Source: Calditrichia bacterium (GTDB lineage Bacteria > Calditrichota > Calditrichia > Calditrichales > J004). From it: DNA of 64,000 nucleotides. Shown here piece by piece: positions 37,626 to 47,082 of the stretch. Made by a program: the position numbers and the translations under genes. Location: the NCBI GenBank assembly GCA_020635035.1, contig JACKAO010000006.1:238807-302806 (forward strand), read 5' to 3'. The stretch's first letter is position 1; the number at the start of each line of letters is the position of its first letter. The notes under the pieces were generated by a model, which was given only the letters and a program-made list of their open reading frames with translations, searched no databases and was not told where the DNA came from.

Positions 37626-38765
37626 TTATTCTGAAAATTTCAGGCAAACCGGGCTGGCGTCTGTCTCAACAGAAGACACAAATTCCAGTTGGCCATTGTC
37701 CGGATCAATCCTGAAAACCGAAATATTATTGCTTTTTTGATTCGCTACCAGTAAGAATTTTCCACTGGGATCGATTACAAAATTACGTGGCCAGTTTCCA
37801 TGCACAGGAAAAGTAGCTTTAAAAGATAATTCTCCATTTTCAGGATTTAGATAAAAAAGTGCAATGCTGTTATGTCCGCGATTGGAACCATATAAAAATT
37901 TTCCGGCGGGATGCACATGAATATCTGCACAATAACTCTGCCCGCTAAAGCTATCCGGAAGGGTGCTTATTGTTTGGATTCGCTCTCCGGATGATTTGCC
38001 AAAAACTTCAATTGTATTGGCCAATTCGGTTATAACGTAAATACAATCATTTTTGTAGTTAATTTCAAAATGGCGGGCCCCGCTGCCGGGAGTAAGTGAA
38101 AAATCTTTGTCTTTAAGATGAGTGAGAGTCCCGCTTGATTTGTCAAATTGGTATGTATAAAGTTTATCACTTCCCAGGTCTGCTGCATAGGCAAATTTGT
38201 TTTCTTTTTCCAGGCGAATTGAATGCATATGCGGCGCATCCTGGCGTTTTTTATTTGGCCCTGAGCCTTCGTGGGTAATAACTGAGACAGCTTCCTGCAA
38301 GGATCCATTCTTGGTTATCGGGAAACTTGCCACCGTTGCCCCGACATAATTATTGACGAGTGCGAATTTATTATCTGAAGACAGGCTTATGTAACACGGC
38401 GCCTGTCCTTGAGACGGGACGATGTTTAAAAACTTTAAATTACCATCCTGCGGATTTATCTGAAACGAACTTACAGCACCGCCTGGTTTTCCGTTATACT
38501 CCATGTTTTCATTAACGGCGTATAGATATCTGTTGTCTGATGAGAGAGTTAGGTATGATGGATTTTCAACACCTTTTACAACATGTTTTAACGCCAGTTC
38601 TCCCGTTTGATTGTTGAATGAATAAACATAAATTCCCTGCCCGGAATTTTGCGTGTAAGTTCCGATGTAGATGTTTGAAGTTGAATTTTGGCCTGCTGAT
38701 AACATAGGGATTCCTGCCGATGAGATTAAAAAAATGATTAAAAAGAGTTTTACTGTAAGGCGCAT
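37626..38765 (-). CDS. Secreted lactonase-family 7-bladed beta-propeller protein (6-phosphogluconolactonase/YbhE-like)
   Basis: Signal peptide. Repeated blades with the pattern P..L..S.D.K.LYV.N, typical of the Lactonase family. Confidence 0.75.
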   Translation of the reverse strand: MRLTVKLFLIIFLISSAGIPMLSAGQNSTSNIYIGTYTQNSGQGIYVYSFNNQTGELALKHVVKGVENPSYLTLSSDNRYLYAVNENMEYNGKPGGAVSSFQINPQDGNLKFLNIVPSQGQAPCYISLSSDNKFALVNNYVGATVASFPITKNGSLQEAVSVITHEGSGPNKKRQDAPHMHSIRLEKENKFAYAADLGSDKLYTYQFDKSSGTLTHLKDKDFSLTPGSGARHFEINYKNDCIYVITELANTIEVFGKSSGERIQTISTLPDSFSGQSYCADIHVHPAGKFLYGSNRGHNSIALFYLNPENGELSFKATFPVHGNWPRNFVIDPSGKFLLVANQKSNNISVFRIDPDNGQLEFVSSVETDASPVCLKFSE

Positions 38766-38834
38766 TTTATTTCCTTTTAAATTTGGAAATCCAAAATAAT
38801 ATTTTTTCTTATTAAAATCCTGAAAAAGACCGGA

Positions 38835-40025
38835 TTAAAATGAATATTTGGTTCTCAGATAGAATGCTTTTCCGTAATTACCAAACTCACTCAGATTTGG
38901 GCCTTCTGTCAAAAAACCAATCAGATAAAGGTCCAGGTTAGTAATAACAGACCATGAAATTGATGGAACAAAAATAGATGAATTATCCTGCGGGTTGTGT
39001 AAAACAAAAAAGTCTCCGCGGACCAAGGGATGCAGGTCGTAAGCAGTTTCAAAAAACAAAGACCAGCGGGAAGGAGAAAGCAGCCCGGCTTGCACTGCCT
39101 GAAATGTGTACAATCCACTATACTCGGTTTTGCCAATGGAATTGTATAAAACTTCAGAGTGCAGATAAAATGAACTGGGAAATGTATAATCAGCGGATAA
39201 AACCGCACTGATGTTTTTTGAATTTGCCTGACTGTAATTTTCGCCAAAAGGTAATAAAGTTCCCTGTAGTTGGTCTCTCGAAGGTGGCTTTGTGTATTTA
39301 AATTCTCCCCGAAAACCGGCTCCCCGGATATCTCCGGAGAAAGCGGCGGCAAAAAGCGGGCTGTTATTTTGAATAGCCGAAATAAGGTAAAAATCGTAAT
39401 CCCAGTTATTGAACAGCCACAATAAGGCCGCCGTTTGTTTGTTGCTATTCTTAGCCGGTTTGTAAACAGCCTCCAGCCGGCCAATGGCCCCGGTGTAATA
39501 CTGAACACGAATGGCGTCACTTCCCGGTTTTTCTTCATAATCGAAATCAAGAATGGATTGCGGGTTGAATAAATCGATAACATTCCAGACAAGACTGGTT
39601 CCCCAGGCAATGCGCTGGCGCCCGATTGTAAATTGCCAGCTTCCGCTGGTATAATCAAAAAAGAGACGATCCACCTGTCCATAACCAAGCGACGAATTTT
39701 GATGCCACAACACTGTCTTTAAATCTGCAAAAGGGTAGTTGGTTATGACAGTTGATTTGAATCCCGGCGTTTTTTCAACCATGCCGCCATTAAATCCGCG
39801 AATCCGGAATTCCAGCCCGGCGGTCAGGTTGCTGGTCGGGTACCAGCGGTTATTTAATCGAAAATGAACCTGGTGATCGATCAAATTTTCGTTGCTGATA
39901 AGTTTGTTTTCTGCAACGGAAAAAAGATATTTGGCATAACCGTAGGTCTGCCAATTTTCGCTTTGAGCAAAAACATTGGCAGCCGCCAAAAACAAAGTGA
40001 GAATTAGCAGTTTTAGTTTCATCAT
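38835..40025 (-). CDS. Outer-membrane beta-barrel protein (uncharacterised), last gene of the ABC/LolA-like operon
   Basis: Signal peptide ending AQS. Alternating-hydrophobicity strands throughout. C-terminal YLRTKYSF ends in an aromatic residue. ATGA overlap with the ATPase gene. Confidence 0.6.
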   Translation of the reverse strand: MMKLKLLILTLFLAAANVFAQSENWQTYGYAKYLFSVAENKLISNENLIDHQVHFRLNNRWYPTSNLTAGLEFRIRGFNGGMVEKTPGFKSTVITNYPFADLKTVLWHQNSSLGYGQVDRLFFDYTSGSWQFTIGRQRIAWGTSLVWNVIDLFNPQSILDFDYEEKPGSDAIRVQYYTGAIGRLEAVYKPAKNSNKQTAALLWLFNNWDYDFYLISAIQNNSPLFAAAFSGDIRGAGFRGEFKYTKPPSRDQLQGTLLPFGENYSQANSKNISAVLSADYTFPSSFYLHSEVLYNSIGKTEYSGLYTFQAVQAGLLSPSRWSLFFETAYDLHPLVRGDFFVLHNPQDNSSIFVPSISWSVITNLDLYLIGFLTEGPNLSEFGNYGKAFYLRTKYSF

Positions 40026-40708
40026 TTATTAATCTTGTCTTCTTTTACCATACCGTCTTCAAGGGTGACCACTCGGCGGGCACGTTTTATGACACGCGCA
40101 TCATGCGTTGAGAAAATAAAGGTCATATTATGCTTTTTGTTCATTTCTTCCATCATGTCAAGCAGGGATTCTGCTGATTTTGAATCCAGGTTCGCTGTCG
40201 GTTCATCCGCCAGTACAAAAGCCGGTTTGGAAGCAAGGGCACGGGCTACAGCAACGCGCTGCTGCTGACCACCGGAGAGTTGTGAAGGTCGATTATCCAT
40301 GCGGTCACCTAAACCGACATCCTGCAGCAGGTTCTCAGCCTGTTCACGTCTCTCTTTTTTGGAAACCTTTTGCAGCAGCATGATAAATTCCACGTTTTCA
40401 AGCGCGGTTAAAACAGGAATCAGGTTATACGCCTGGAAAACAAAACCGATTTTATTCAGGCGAAAATCAACCAGGTTGCCTGGTTTCATTTTTGTGATAT
40501 CATTATTATCAATGATAACGGTTCCATTGGTCGGCTTATCTAGGCCACCTAAAATATTAAGCATGGTGGTTTTGCCTGATCCCGACGGACCAACAATGGC
40601 AGTAAATTCCTGTTTTTCAAAAGTTATATTGATGTCTTTTAACGCGTTGACAGGAACGGCCGTGGTGTTGTAGGTTTTTGAAATGTCTTTTAACTCAATA
40701 AGTGCCAT
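40022..40708 (-). CDS. ABC transporter ATP-binding protein, LolD/MacB-type
   Basis: Walker A GPSGSGKTT, signature LSGGQQQRVAVARAL, Walker B VLADEPTANLD. Confidence 0.95.
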   Translation of the reverse strand: MALIELKDISKTYNTTAVPVNALKDINITFEKQEFTAIVGPSGSGKTTMLNILGGLDKPTNGTVIIDNNDITKMKPGNLVDFRLNKIGFVFQAYNLIPVLTALENVEFIMLLQKVSKKERREQAENLLQDVGLGDRMDNRPSQLSGGQQQRVAVARALASKPAFVLADEPTANLDSKSAESLLDMMEEMNKKHNMTFIFSTHDARVIKRARRVVTLEDGMVKEDKINK

Positions 40709-40765
40709 TTTTTGATTTCTCCTTAAAAATCTTTTATCGAATTCTTAATCTACTTCTGTTAAAAA

Positions 40766-41983
40766 TTAATACGTTCGGATTGCTTCTGCCGGCGTCAGAT
40801 GTGTAGCTTTCCAGGCCGGCAGCAAAGCTGCAATATTTGCCGCAAATAAAATCATAATGGTTAAACCGATATACATACTTGCCGGCAGGAACGGGTAAAG
40901 CATTGAAGCCGATCCAAAACTTTCCAGCCCGGTCGCAAAGGCTGAGAGATCAATGCCGGCACTGTTAAAAAATCCTATAAAGAAACCACCCACCGTCATT
41001 CCCAGAATACCGCCGGTCATGGAAAGGAAAATGGTTTCAAGCAGGATCATAAAAAATACCCGGCTTTTTTTCATTCCTACCGCTGTTAATATGCCCAGCT
41101 CGCGGATGCGTTCCACAACACTCATCAGCATATTGTTGGTAATTCCGAACAACAGGGCAAAAAGGATGATGGCGACAAACAGGTACGTGAAGGCTTCCAT
41201 AGATGACGACACAAAGGCCAGCTCCGGAGCCATCTTTTCCCAGGTTTCGACGGCCAAACCCGGTAATGCTGATGCAAGATTTTGTTCTACGACAGGGACG
41301 TATTTTGCGGACTTCACGCGGATGGCAATTTCGTGTATCAAAGTCTCTGTCTGATGCAGCGAGCGCATCAGGTCAACTTGCCGCAGAAAAACATTGGTTT
41401 CGTCAAAGACACTGGACTCCGTCTTGAAAATTCCGGTGATACGGCAGGCCAGGTAGATGATTTCCCCGTGGACATCCTGGAAGGTTAAGATAATTTTTGA
41501 TCTTAATTTAAGGTTCAAACGATCCGCCAGCTTTTTACCGATAATGACCTGGTTTCGTTTCTGTGTATCAAAATAATCACCGTCGACAATTTTTTGATAC
41601 AGGCGGCTTACACTTTTTTCTGCCACACGATCGATGCCGACTATTTTTACACCGAATGATGACGCTGCACTGGCAGCCATTCCTTCTAAAATGGTTCGTT
41701 TGGAATACCCGGCAATTGAATCCTGGGCATTGATGGCATTTTCAACCGCTTTTACATCTTTGATGTAGTTGGTAATCTGGACATCATCTTTAAACTTTTT
41801 GGAGTGGATTTCAACATGACCCAGGTAACGATCAATAGCAGAATCAACCATGGATTCCGCCATACCCATCATAATGGCACCGGAAAACAAACCACCCCAG
41901 AGTCCGAGCATTATAGCCAGGATAATCACCAGGCTGCGTTTTTTGTTGCGCCAGATATTTTTCCATGCAAGTTGAGTTAACAT
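40766..41983 (-). CDS. FtsX/LolC/E-type ABC permease (paralog 3)
   Basis: N-terminal LAWKNIWRNKKRS. One TM, a large periplasmic domain, then three C-terminal TM segments (FtsX domain). Confidence 0.9.
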   Translation of the reverse strand: MLTQLAWKNIWRNKKRSLVIILAIMLGLWGGLFSGAIMMGMAESMVDSAIDRYLGHVEIHSKKFKDDVQITNYIKDVKAVENAINAQDSIAGYSKRTILEGMAASAASSFGVKIVGIDRVAEKSVSRLYQKIVDGDYFDTQKRNQVIIGKKLADRLNLKLRSKIILTFQDVHGEIIYLACRITGIFKTESSVFDETNVFLRQVDLMRSLHQTETLIHEIAIRVKSAKYVPVVEQNLASALPGLAVETWEKMAPELAFVSSSMEAFTYLFVAIILFALLFGITNNMLMSVVERIRELGILTAVGMKKSRVFFMILLETIFLSMTGGILGMTVGGFFIGFFNSAGIDLSAFATGLESFGSASMLYPFLPASMYIGLTIMILFAANIAALLPAWKATHLTPAEAIRTY

Positions 41984-42043
41984 TTATTTTCCTTTCACAC
42001 TTTGTCATGCTGGGTAATTAAAGTATTTACCTTACTTTCATAA

Positions 42044-42068
42044 GATTCTTCACTGCGTTCAGAATGAC
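42044..42068. repeat. REP-like palindromic element (GATTC...GAATGAC type), copy 2
   Basis: GATTCTTCACTGCGTTCAGAATGAC, with the same 25-nt frame and flanks as 24762-24786. An inverted GTCATGCTG at 42004-42012 faces the GTCATTCTG on the other strand. Confidence 0.4.
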
Positions 42069-42088
42069 ACTTGTTTTAAACTATATTT

Positions 42089-43303
42089 TTATCTTCTCAT
42101 GGCCTGGATTGGTTTTAAGTGACCAATAAACAGCAACGGGTAAAGCGCGCAAAACAGGGCAATCACAAAAACAATTATCGATTGCCAGAAATAAATATCC
42201 GGATTTACACTAAAGGTCATGATAGGTTCAATGCCCAGGCTTTCCCAGGCAGCTGCCGAATCTCCGCTTAAAACAATCGGATTGGCTTTCAGGTACGCTG
42301 TTATCGGGATGCTGCCCAGAACTCCGAAAACAACACCAATAAGTGAAATCATCACACTCTCAATCAATGAGACAAAAATCATTCTTTGTTTTTTCATGCC
42401 GATCGAATTCAAAATGCCGAACTCCTTTTCTCGTTCGGCGGTCATCATCATGATGGTGCCAAAAACGCCGAATGCAATCACCATGTAAAGTATTCCGATC
42501 ATAATCAGCCCGCTGGCGTTGTCCATTTCAATGCTCTGGACCAGGTCGGGCATCATTTCGTCCCAGGTCATTACAGTCAGTTTATTTGTAAGCATCCCAT
42601 GGACCGCATCGTTAACGGTTTCCAAATTGCGGATATTATCAATCATGATCGAAAGCGACGTGATACGTCCCGGGGCAGCGTAAATATATTGGGCGTTCGG
42701 GAGATCGATAAAAGCCATGGCATCGTTCATTTGCGGAAGCGGCAGCTCTACAATTCCGGTGATTTTCAGCTCCGCTGCTGCAATTTGTCCGTGAAAACCA
42801 CTGCCGTACAAAACAATCGAATCGCCAAGTACAGCTTTTAAACGTTTCGCCAATCCGCTGGCTATAATAATACCCTGATCACCACTTTGCAGGTATTGAC
42901 CGGAAACCAATTTTTTATCCAGTTCCGTCATATTGTGTTCTTTTTGCGGATCGATGCCGATAACCGGAGAAACCTTTGTGATTGAATCTTTTGATAACAG
43001 GGCAAAGGCTTCCAGCCTTGGTGTTAACGATGTAATATGATTTATTTTCTGTAAAGAATCCTGAAAGCCGGAAGTCAGCTGGATGCTTTCGTCCAATGAT
43101 CGGTTTTCCCAAAACTTTTCACCCTGGATTTGCAGGTAACCGGTTTGCATTTTTGCGGCCGAATCAATCATGTAACTGTAAGAACCCAATTGGGCGGAGC
43201 GCATTACACAGGCAAGGATGACGGCAAAAAAAACGGAAGCTGACACGATCACAGTTCTCTTTTTATTACGCCAGATATTTTTCCAGGCAAGTTTAAAATA
43301 CAT
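42089..43303 (-). CDS. FtsX/LolC/E-type ABC permease (paralog 2)
   Basis: Starts MYFKLAWKNIWRNKKRTVIVSASVFFAVILAC. Clearly paralogous to the upstream permease along its whole length. Confidence 0.9.
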   Translation of the reverse strand: MYFKLAWKNIWRNKKRTVIVSASVFFAVILACVMRSAQLGSYSYMIDSAAKMQTGYLQIQGEKFWENRSLDESIQLTSGFQDSLQKINHITSLTPRLEAFALLSKDSITKVSPVIGIDPQKEHNMTELDKKLVSGQYLQSGDQGIIIASGLAKRLKAVLGDSIVLYGSGFHGQIAAAELKITGIVELPLPQMNDAMAFIDLPNAQYIYAAPGRITSLSIMIDNIRNLETVNDAVHGMLTNKLTVMTWDEMMPDLVQSIEMDNASGLIMIGILYMVIAFGVFGTIMMMTAEREKEFGILNSIGMKKQRMIFVSLIESVMISLIGVVFGVLGSIPITAYLKANPIVLSGDSAAAWESLGIEPIMTFSVNPDIYFWQSIIVFVIALFCALYPLLFIGHLKPIQAMRR

Positions 43304-43316
43304 TTAAATTTTCCTT

Positions 43317-44528
43317 TTATTTTTTCAGGGCTTTAACAATTTTTAAACGGCTGAGAAACAACATTGGATAAATCAGGCAGATAAAAGAAATTATAAAAAT
43401 AATCATGGCCTGGTTTACAAAAATAGACGGATCGGCGCTGAAGGAAAAAACCGCTTCAATGCCAAGCTGCTCCCAGGATTTAGCAATTTCGCCGGTAAGT
43501 TGGATCGGGTGATGCGCCAGGTATGTGGTCACAGGGATGGCGGCAATAATTCCGCTCAAAGTGCCAATGGACGCCAGGAAAACGTTTTCAAAAAATGTAA
43601 CCAGGAACATGCGCCTTTTTTTCATGCCAAGCGCATTTAGAATGCCATATTCGGTTTCTCTTTCCAGCGTCATCATCATCACAACCCCGAAAATACCAAA
43701 GGCAATAACAATATACAGGATGCCGATAAGAATAAAATTGCTGCTGGTTTTAAACTGAATGGTCTGTTTGATTTCCGGGAGCAGTTCTTCCCAGGTTAAA
43801 ACGGTTTCATCGCTGGAAATAAATTTATGAATATCACCTGATACACGGTTTAACTCATTAAGGTCATCAATCATAACGGCTAAAGAAGTAATCCGGTTCT
43901 CCAAACCAAAAATGTCGGCGGCTTTTTTGATATTAATATAAACTGTCGATGTATTCATTTTTTCAATTGGAAATTTTAAAATTCCTGTGACAGGAAGCAG
44001 GGCAGCCGCTGTTTGGCCGTGAAATCCTAACCCGTATATAAGCAGTGAATCGCCGATTGAAAGTTTTAACCTTTCCGCCAAACCGGATGCAATCAAAGCT
44101 CCATCTTTGAGAGAAAAATATTCACCTTTTTGCAGATATTTTGATGTCCCGCTTACTTTATCTTCAGCGTGTGGATCAATTCCGGTAATATGTGCAACGC
44201 GTACAAGACTGTCTCCGGAGATCAGAACAACACTTTCAATCCTTGGAGTAATACTGGTTATATTTTTTATTTTATTGATTTCGTCCTTTTGTGAATCACT
44301 CAGAACAATGCTGTCATCCAGCGAGCGGTTTTCCCAGTAGTTTTTATGCTGGACCTGTAATACCCCAAGGTAAATTTTTGTGATGGAGTGGACCATGTAA
44401 TCAAAACTACCTATCTGCGCAGACCGCTGCAGGCAGGATAAAATAACAGCAAAAAAAACGGATGCAGAGACAATCAGAGTACGTTTCTTATTGCGCCAGA
44501 CATTTTTCCAGGCAAGTTTCAGATACAT
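43317..44528 (-). CDS. FtsX/LolC/E-type ABC permease (paralog 1)
   Basis: Starts MYLKLAWKNVWRNKKRTLIVSASVFFAVILSC. Same architecture as paralog 2. Confidence 0.9.
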   Translation of the reverse strand: MYLKLAWKNVWRNKKRTLIVSASVFFAVILSCLQRSAQIGSFDYMVHSITKIYLGVLQVQHKNYWENRSLDDSIVLSDSQKDEINKIKNITSITPRIESVVLISGDSLVRVAHITGIDPHAEDKVSGTSKYLQKGEYFSLKDGALIASGLAERLKLSIGDSLLIYGLGFHGQTAAALLPVTGILKFPIEKMNTSTVYINIKKAADIFGLENRITSLAVMIDDLNELNRVSGDIHKFISSDETVLTWEELLPEIKQTIQFKTSSNFILIGILYIVIAFGIFGVVMMMTLERETEYGILNALGMKKRRMFLVTFFENVFLASIGTLSGIIAAIPVTTYLAHHPIQLTGEIAKSWEQLGIEAVFSFSADPSIFVNQAMIIFIISFICLIYPMLFLSRLKIVKALKK

Positions 44529-44536
44529 ATCATGCT

Positions 44537-45385
44537 CTATTTTTTAAGAGTTTTAAAATATTCTTTTAGAGTTGTCTTTCCATAACTGTCAGCGATCATA
44601 TCCATCGTTAGTACAGTCATAAAAAATTCAATCGGGCCATAAATTTTAACGGTTGTAAAGAATCGGATAATTTTCAACAGGAATCGCGACATCCAAATAG
44701 GGATGTAACGGATTTTTTTCTTTTTGCCCAAAACATCGAAGGCAATTTCTGCAATCTGGTTCTGCGTCAAAATTTCAGGGCCGCCTATTTCAATTTCTTT
44801 TTTGTCCGAATCGATATTTTGCACGATGTTGTCTGCTAAATCTTTTCCGTCGATGGGATTTGCTTTAAGATTGCCATCGCCAAAAAGGTAAACGGTATTC
44901 TTCTCTGCCATTCGAAAAATTTCGGATACATCGGAGAAAAAACCGTTGGGGTTAATAATCAGGTAGGGCATCCCGGAAGATCTTAGCGCTTCTGCAAATT
45001 TTAATTTGGCTTGTATTATTTTAAGATCTTTTAATTTATGACCATTAAAAACAGAGACATAAATGAACTTCTTTACCCCACATTTCTGCGCTTCATTCAG
45101 CAAATTTAAATTCGCCCGGTAGTCAACATCCATATAGGTTAAGCCATCACGCTGTTTTGTTATGCCAACCGTGGAAATCACAACATCAATTTCATTGATA
45201 GTGTCTTTTAAAGTTTCCGGCTTTGTTACTTCTGCTTCAATATATTTTGCAACATATTTGTCCAGGTGTTTGATTTTATTCTTGATTCGAACAAGCGCTG
45301 TAACCCGGAAATTATTTTCTGATAAGCTTTGAACAAGGCGCTGACCCAAATATCCTGAAGCGCCGGCTACTAATACAGATCTCAC
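44537..45385 (-). CDS. NmrA-like / atypical SDR NAD(P)-binding protein
   Basis: Rossmann motif VLVAGASGYLGQ. GTG start preceded by AGGAG. Lies inside the ABC operon. Confidence 0.7.
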   Translation of the reverse strand: MRSVLVAGASGYLGQRLVQSLSENNFRVTALVRIKNKIKHLDKYVAKYIEAEVTKPETLKDTINEIDVVISTVGITKQRDGLTYMDVDYRANLNLLNEAQKCGVKKFIYVSVFNGHKLKDLKIIQAKLKFAEALRSSGMPYLIINPNGFFSDVSEIFRMAEKNTVYLFGDGNLKANPIDGKDLADNIVQNIDSDKKEIEIGGPEILTQNQIAEIAFDVLGKKKKIRYIPIWMSRFLLKIIRFFTTVKIYGPIEFFMTVLTMDMIADSYGKTTLKEYFKTLKK

Positions 45386-45399
45386 TTCTATTACTCCTG

Positions 45400-46149
45400 C
45401 TATCTTACGCGTTTCATGTTCTGCTGAGAAAAGAAATCGGTACTGAGTTTTTTATTGAACTCAATATCTTTGTACTCCATAATTGTTTTCTGACCCGGTT
45501 TATCTTCAGGAGTAACTTCCCAGTAGGAAGGAATTGTCCGGCCACCTATTTCCTTTATTTTATCCCCGGTCATGCTTTTAACCAGGTAGTCGTCTTCATC
45601 GTAGTATTCAATTTTTAACTGGAGATAGCTTTCTTTTGAAATCCAGATGTATATTTTCCCCCAGACGACGCCGGCTTCCGGCTTTGGATCCAGATGAATT
45701 TTATAACAATCGTATCCTTTATATTTTTCTTCTCCGATGATCGAATGATTATAGTCTTGTACAATGGAAGACTGGCGGACAAGGTCATCATTTGTAAAAT
45801 CCGAACCCATCCAGGATTGCAGCATCATTGAAGGCGGGATTTTAATCGTACGCTGCACCGTGGGGATGTAATTCCAGACTTCATTTTTACGCTTTAAAGT
45901 AACCGTTCCTTTATCACGCGCGGGTTCAGTCACGAGAACAAGTGCATAATCCGGTTCAATTGACCATACTTTCATGTGCATTTCCCTCGACCAGTCCGGT
46001 TTTACTATTTTCATTATTACTTCCGAATAACTGCTGTTAGCACGCAAAAGCTGGTTGGATTTATCTACGATATCACGGGCGCTATCCTGGGCATAAAGCA
46101 AAGATGAAAAAATAAATACAACCAGGAAAAAAAAAGATATTGATTTCAT
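45400..46149 (-). CDS. LolA-like outer-membrane lipoprotein-sorting protein family member
   Basis: Signal peptide, about 250 aa. The pattern (ARDIVDKS...MKIV...W.REM.MKVW...ALV....P.RDKGT..L....E.W.Y.P......KI) matches the LolA_like family as I recall it. Confidence 0.7.
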   Translation of the reverse strand: MKSISFFFLVVFIFSSLLYAQDSARDIVDKSNQLLRANSSYSEVIMKIVKPDWSREMHMKVWSIEPDYALVLVTEPARDKGTVTLKRKNEVWNYIPTVQRTIKIPPSMMLQSWMGSDFTNDDLVRQSSIVQDYNHSIIGEEKYKGYDCYKIHLDPKPEAGVVWGKIYIWISKESYLQLKIEYYDEDDYLVKSMTGDKIKEIGGRTIPSYWEVTPEDKPGQKTIMEYKDIEFNKKLSTDFFSQQNMKRVR

Positions 46150-46159
46150 GACAGTTCCT

Positions 46160-46771
46160 TTATTTTTTTAGTCCTGAAATAAGTGTTTCTGAAAGTGTTT
46201 TCTCAACATTTACCAGATTAATGATATTGGGATCAATTATTGTCTGCAGAAGGATGCCGTCAAGCGCTGCAATAAGAATAGCCGAATAAGAATCGACATC
46301 AACCTTTTTGAAGATTCCTTTTTGAATGCCTTCACGGACAATTTGACTTATTAAAGTACGGTATTCCGTGTAAGTTCGTTTAAGGTTTACAATTTCCAGC
46401 ATTTCATCATTTTTGGTACGGACACCTTCTGCCCAAAAATCCATCATTACTGCAGCAAAGTCTCGTGATTCCGAGTCAAGAAAAGAAAAACTTAAATTGG
46501 ACAAAAGATTTAATTTTTCAACCGGATCATCAACTTCAGCAATATGTGTTATCAAACTTTCTTTCATATCGGCAAAGAATGTATTATAAGCTTCTGCAAA
46601 TATTTCTTCCTTGCTGCGGAAGTATTCATAAATCGTTCCTTTGCCCACTCCGGCGGCGTTAGCGATATCAATCATTTTAGATTTGGCAATTCCGTTTTTT
46701 GCGAACACCTGCAACGCAGCCTGAATTATCTGGTTTTTCTTTGCTTCCTTATCAACGATTCGAGGTGCCAT
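46160..46771 (-). CDS. TetR/AcrR-family transcriptional regulator
   Basis: N-terminal HTH (IIQAALQVFAKNGIAKSKMIDIANAAGVGKGTIYEYFRSKEEIF). First gene of the operon. Confidence 0.95.
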   Translation of the reverse strand: MAPRIVDKEAKKNQIIQAALQVFAKNGIAKSKMIDIANAAGVGKGTIYEYFRSKEEIFAEAYNTFFADMKESLITHIAEVDDPVEKLNLLSNLSFSFLDSESRDFAAVMMDFWAEGVRTKNDEMLEIVNLKRTYTEYRTLISQIVREGIQKGIFKKVDVDSYSAILIAALDGILLQTIIDPNIINLVNVEKTLSETLISGLKK

Positions 46772-46791
46772 ATTCTCCTTGTATTTTTTAT

Positions 46792-46805
46792 TGACCGACC
46801 GGTCA
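46792..46805. promoter_or_regulatory. Candidate TetR operator palindrome
   Basis: TGACCG-AC-CGGTCA, perfect 6-bp arms. It lies 21-34 nt upstream of the tetR ATG. Confidence 0.5.
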
Positions 46806-47082
46806 GTATTAATTTAAACATATGAAACTGAATTACAAGTGGTTTCAAAAAAAATTTGACGTTTAGTGTGATATAGACCCCTAAAAAAAGTTTGGCTTAA
46901 ACAATGTTAAACCTTAACCTTGAATTTTTTCACTTAGGAATAGTTTTTCAAGGACGAAGAATATTTCTTTCTTCAGGATGTATAATCCATATTTAAAACT
47001 TTTTTTCTATGTGCAGCCGTGAACCGGTTGTAGAAAATAATTGCATCTTAAAATTTAAAGACATTCACAAGCAGGAGAAAAA

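Noticed and set aside
38921-39688. 255-aa minus-strand ORF overlapping the OM barrel gene in another frame
   Set aside because: The 396-aa frame has a signal peptide, beta-strand periodicity, a C-terminal Phe and an ATGA coupling to the ATPase gene. The alternative frame has none of these.
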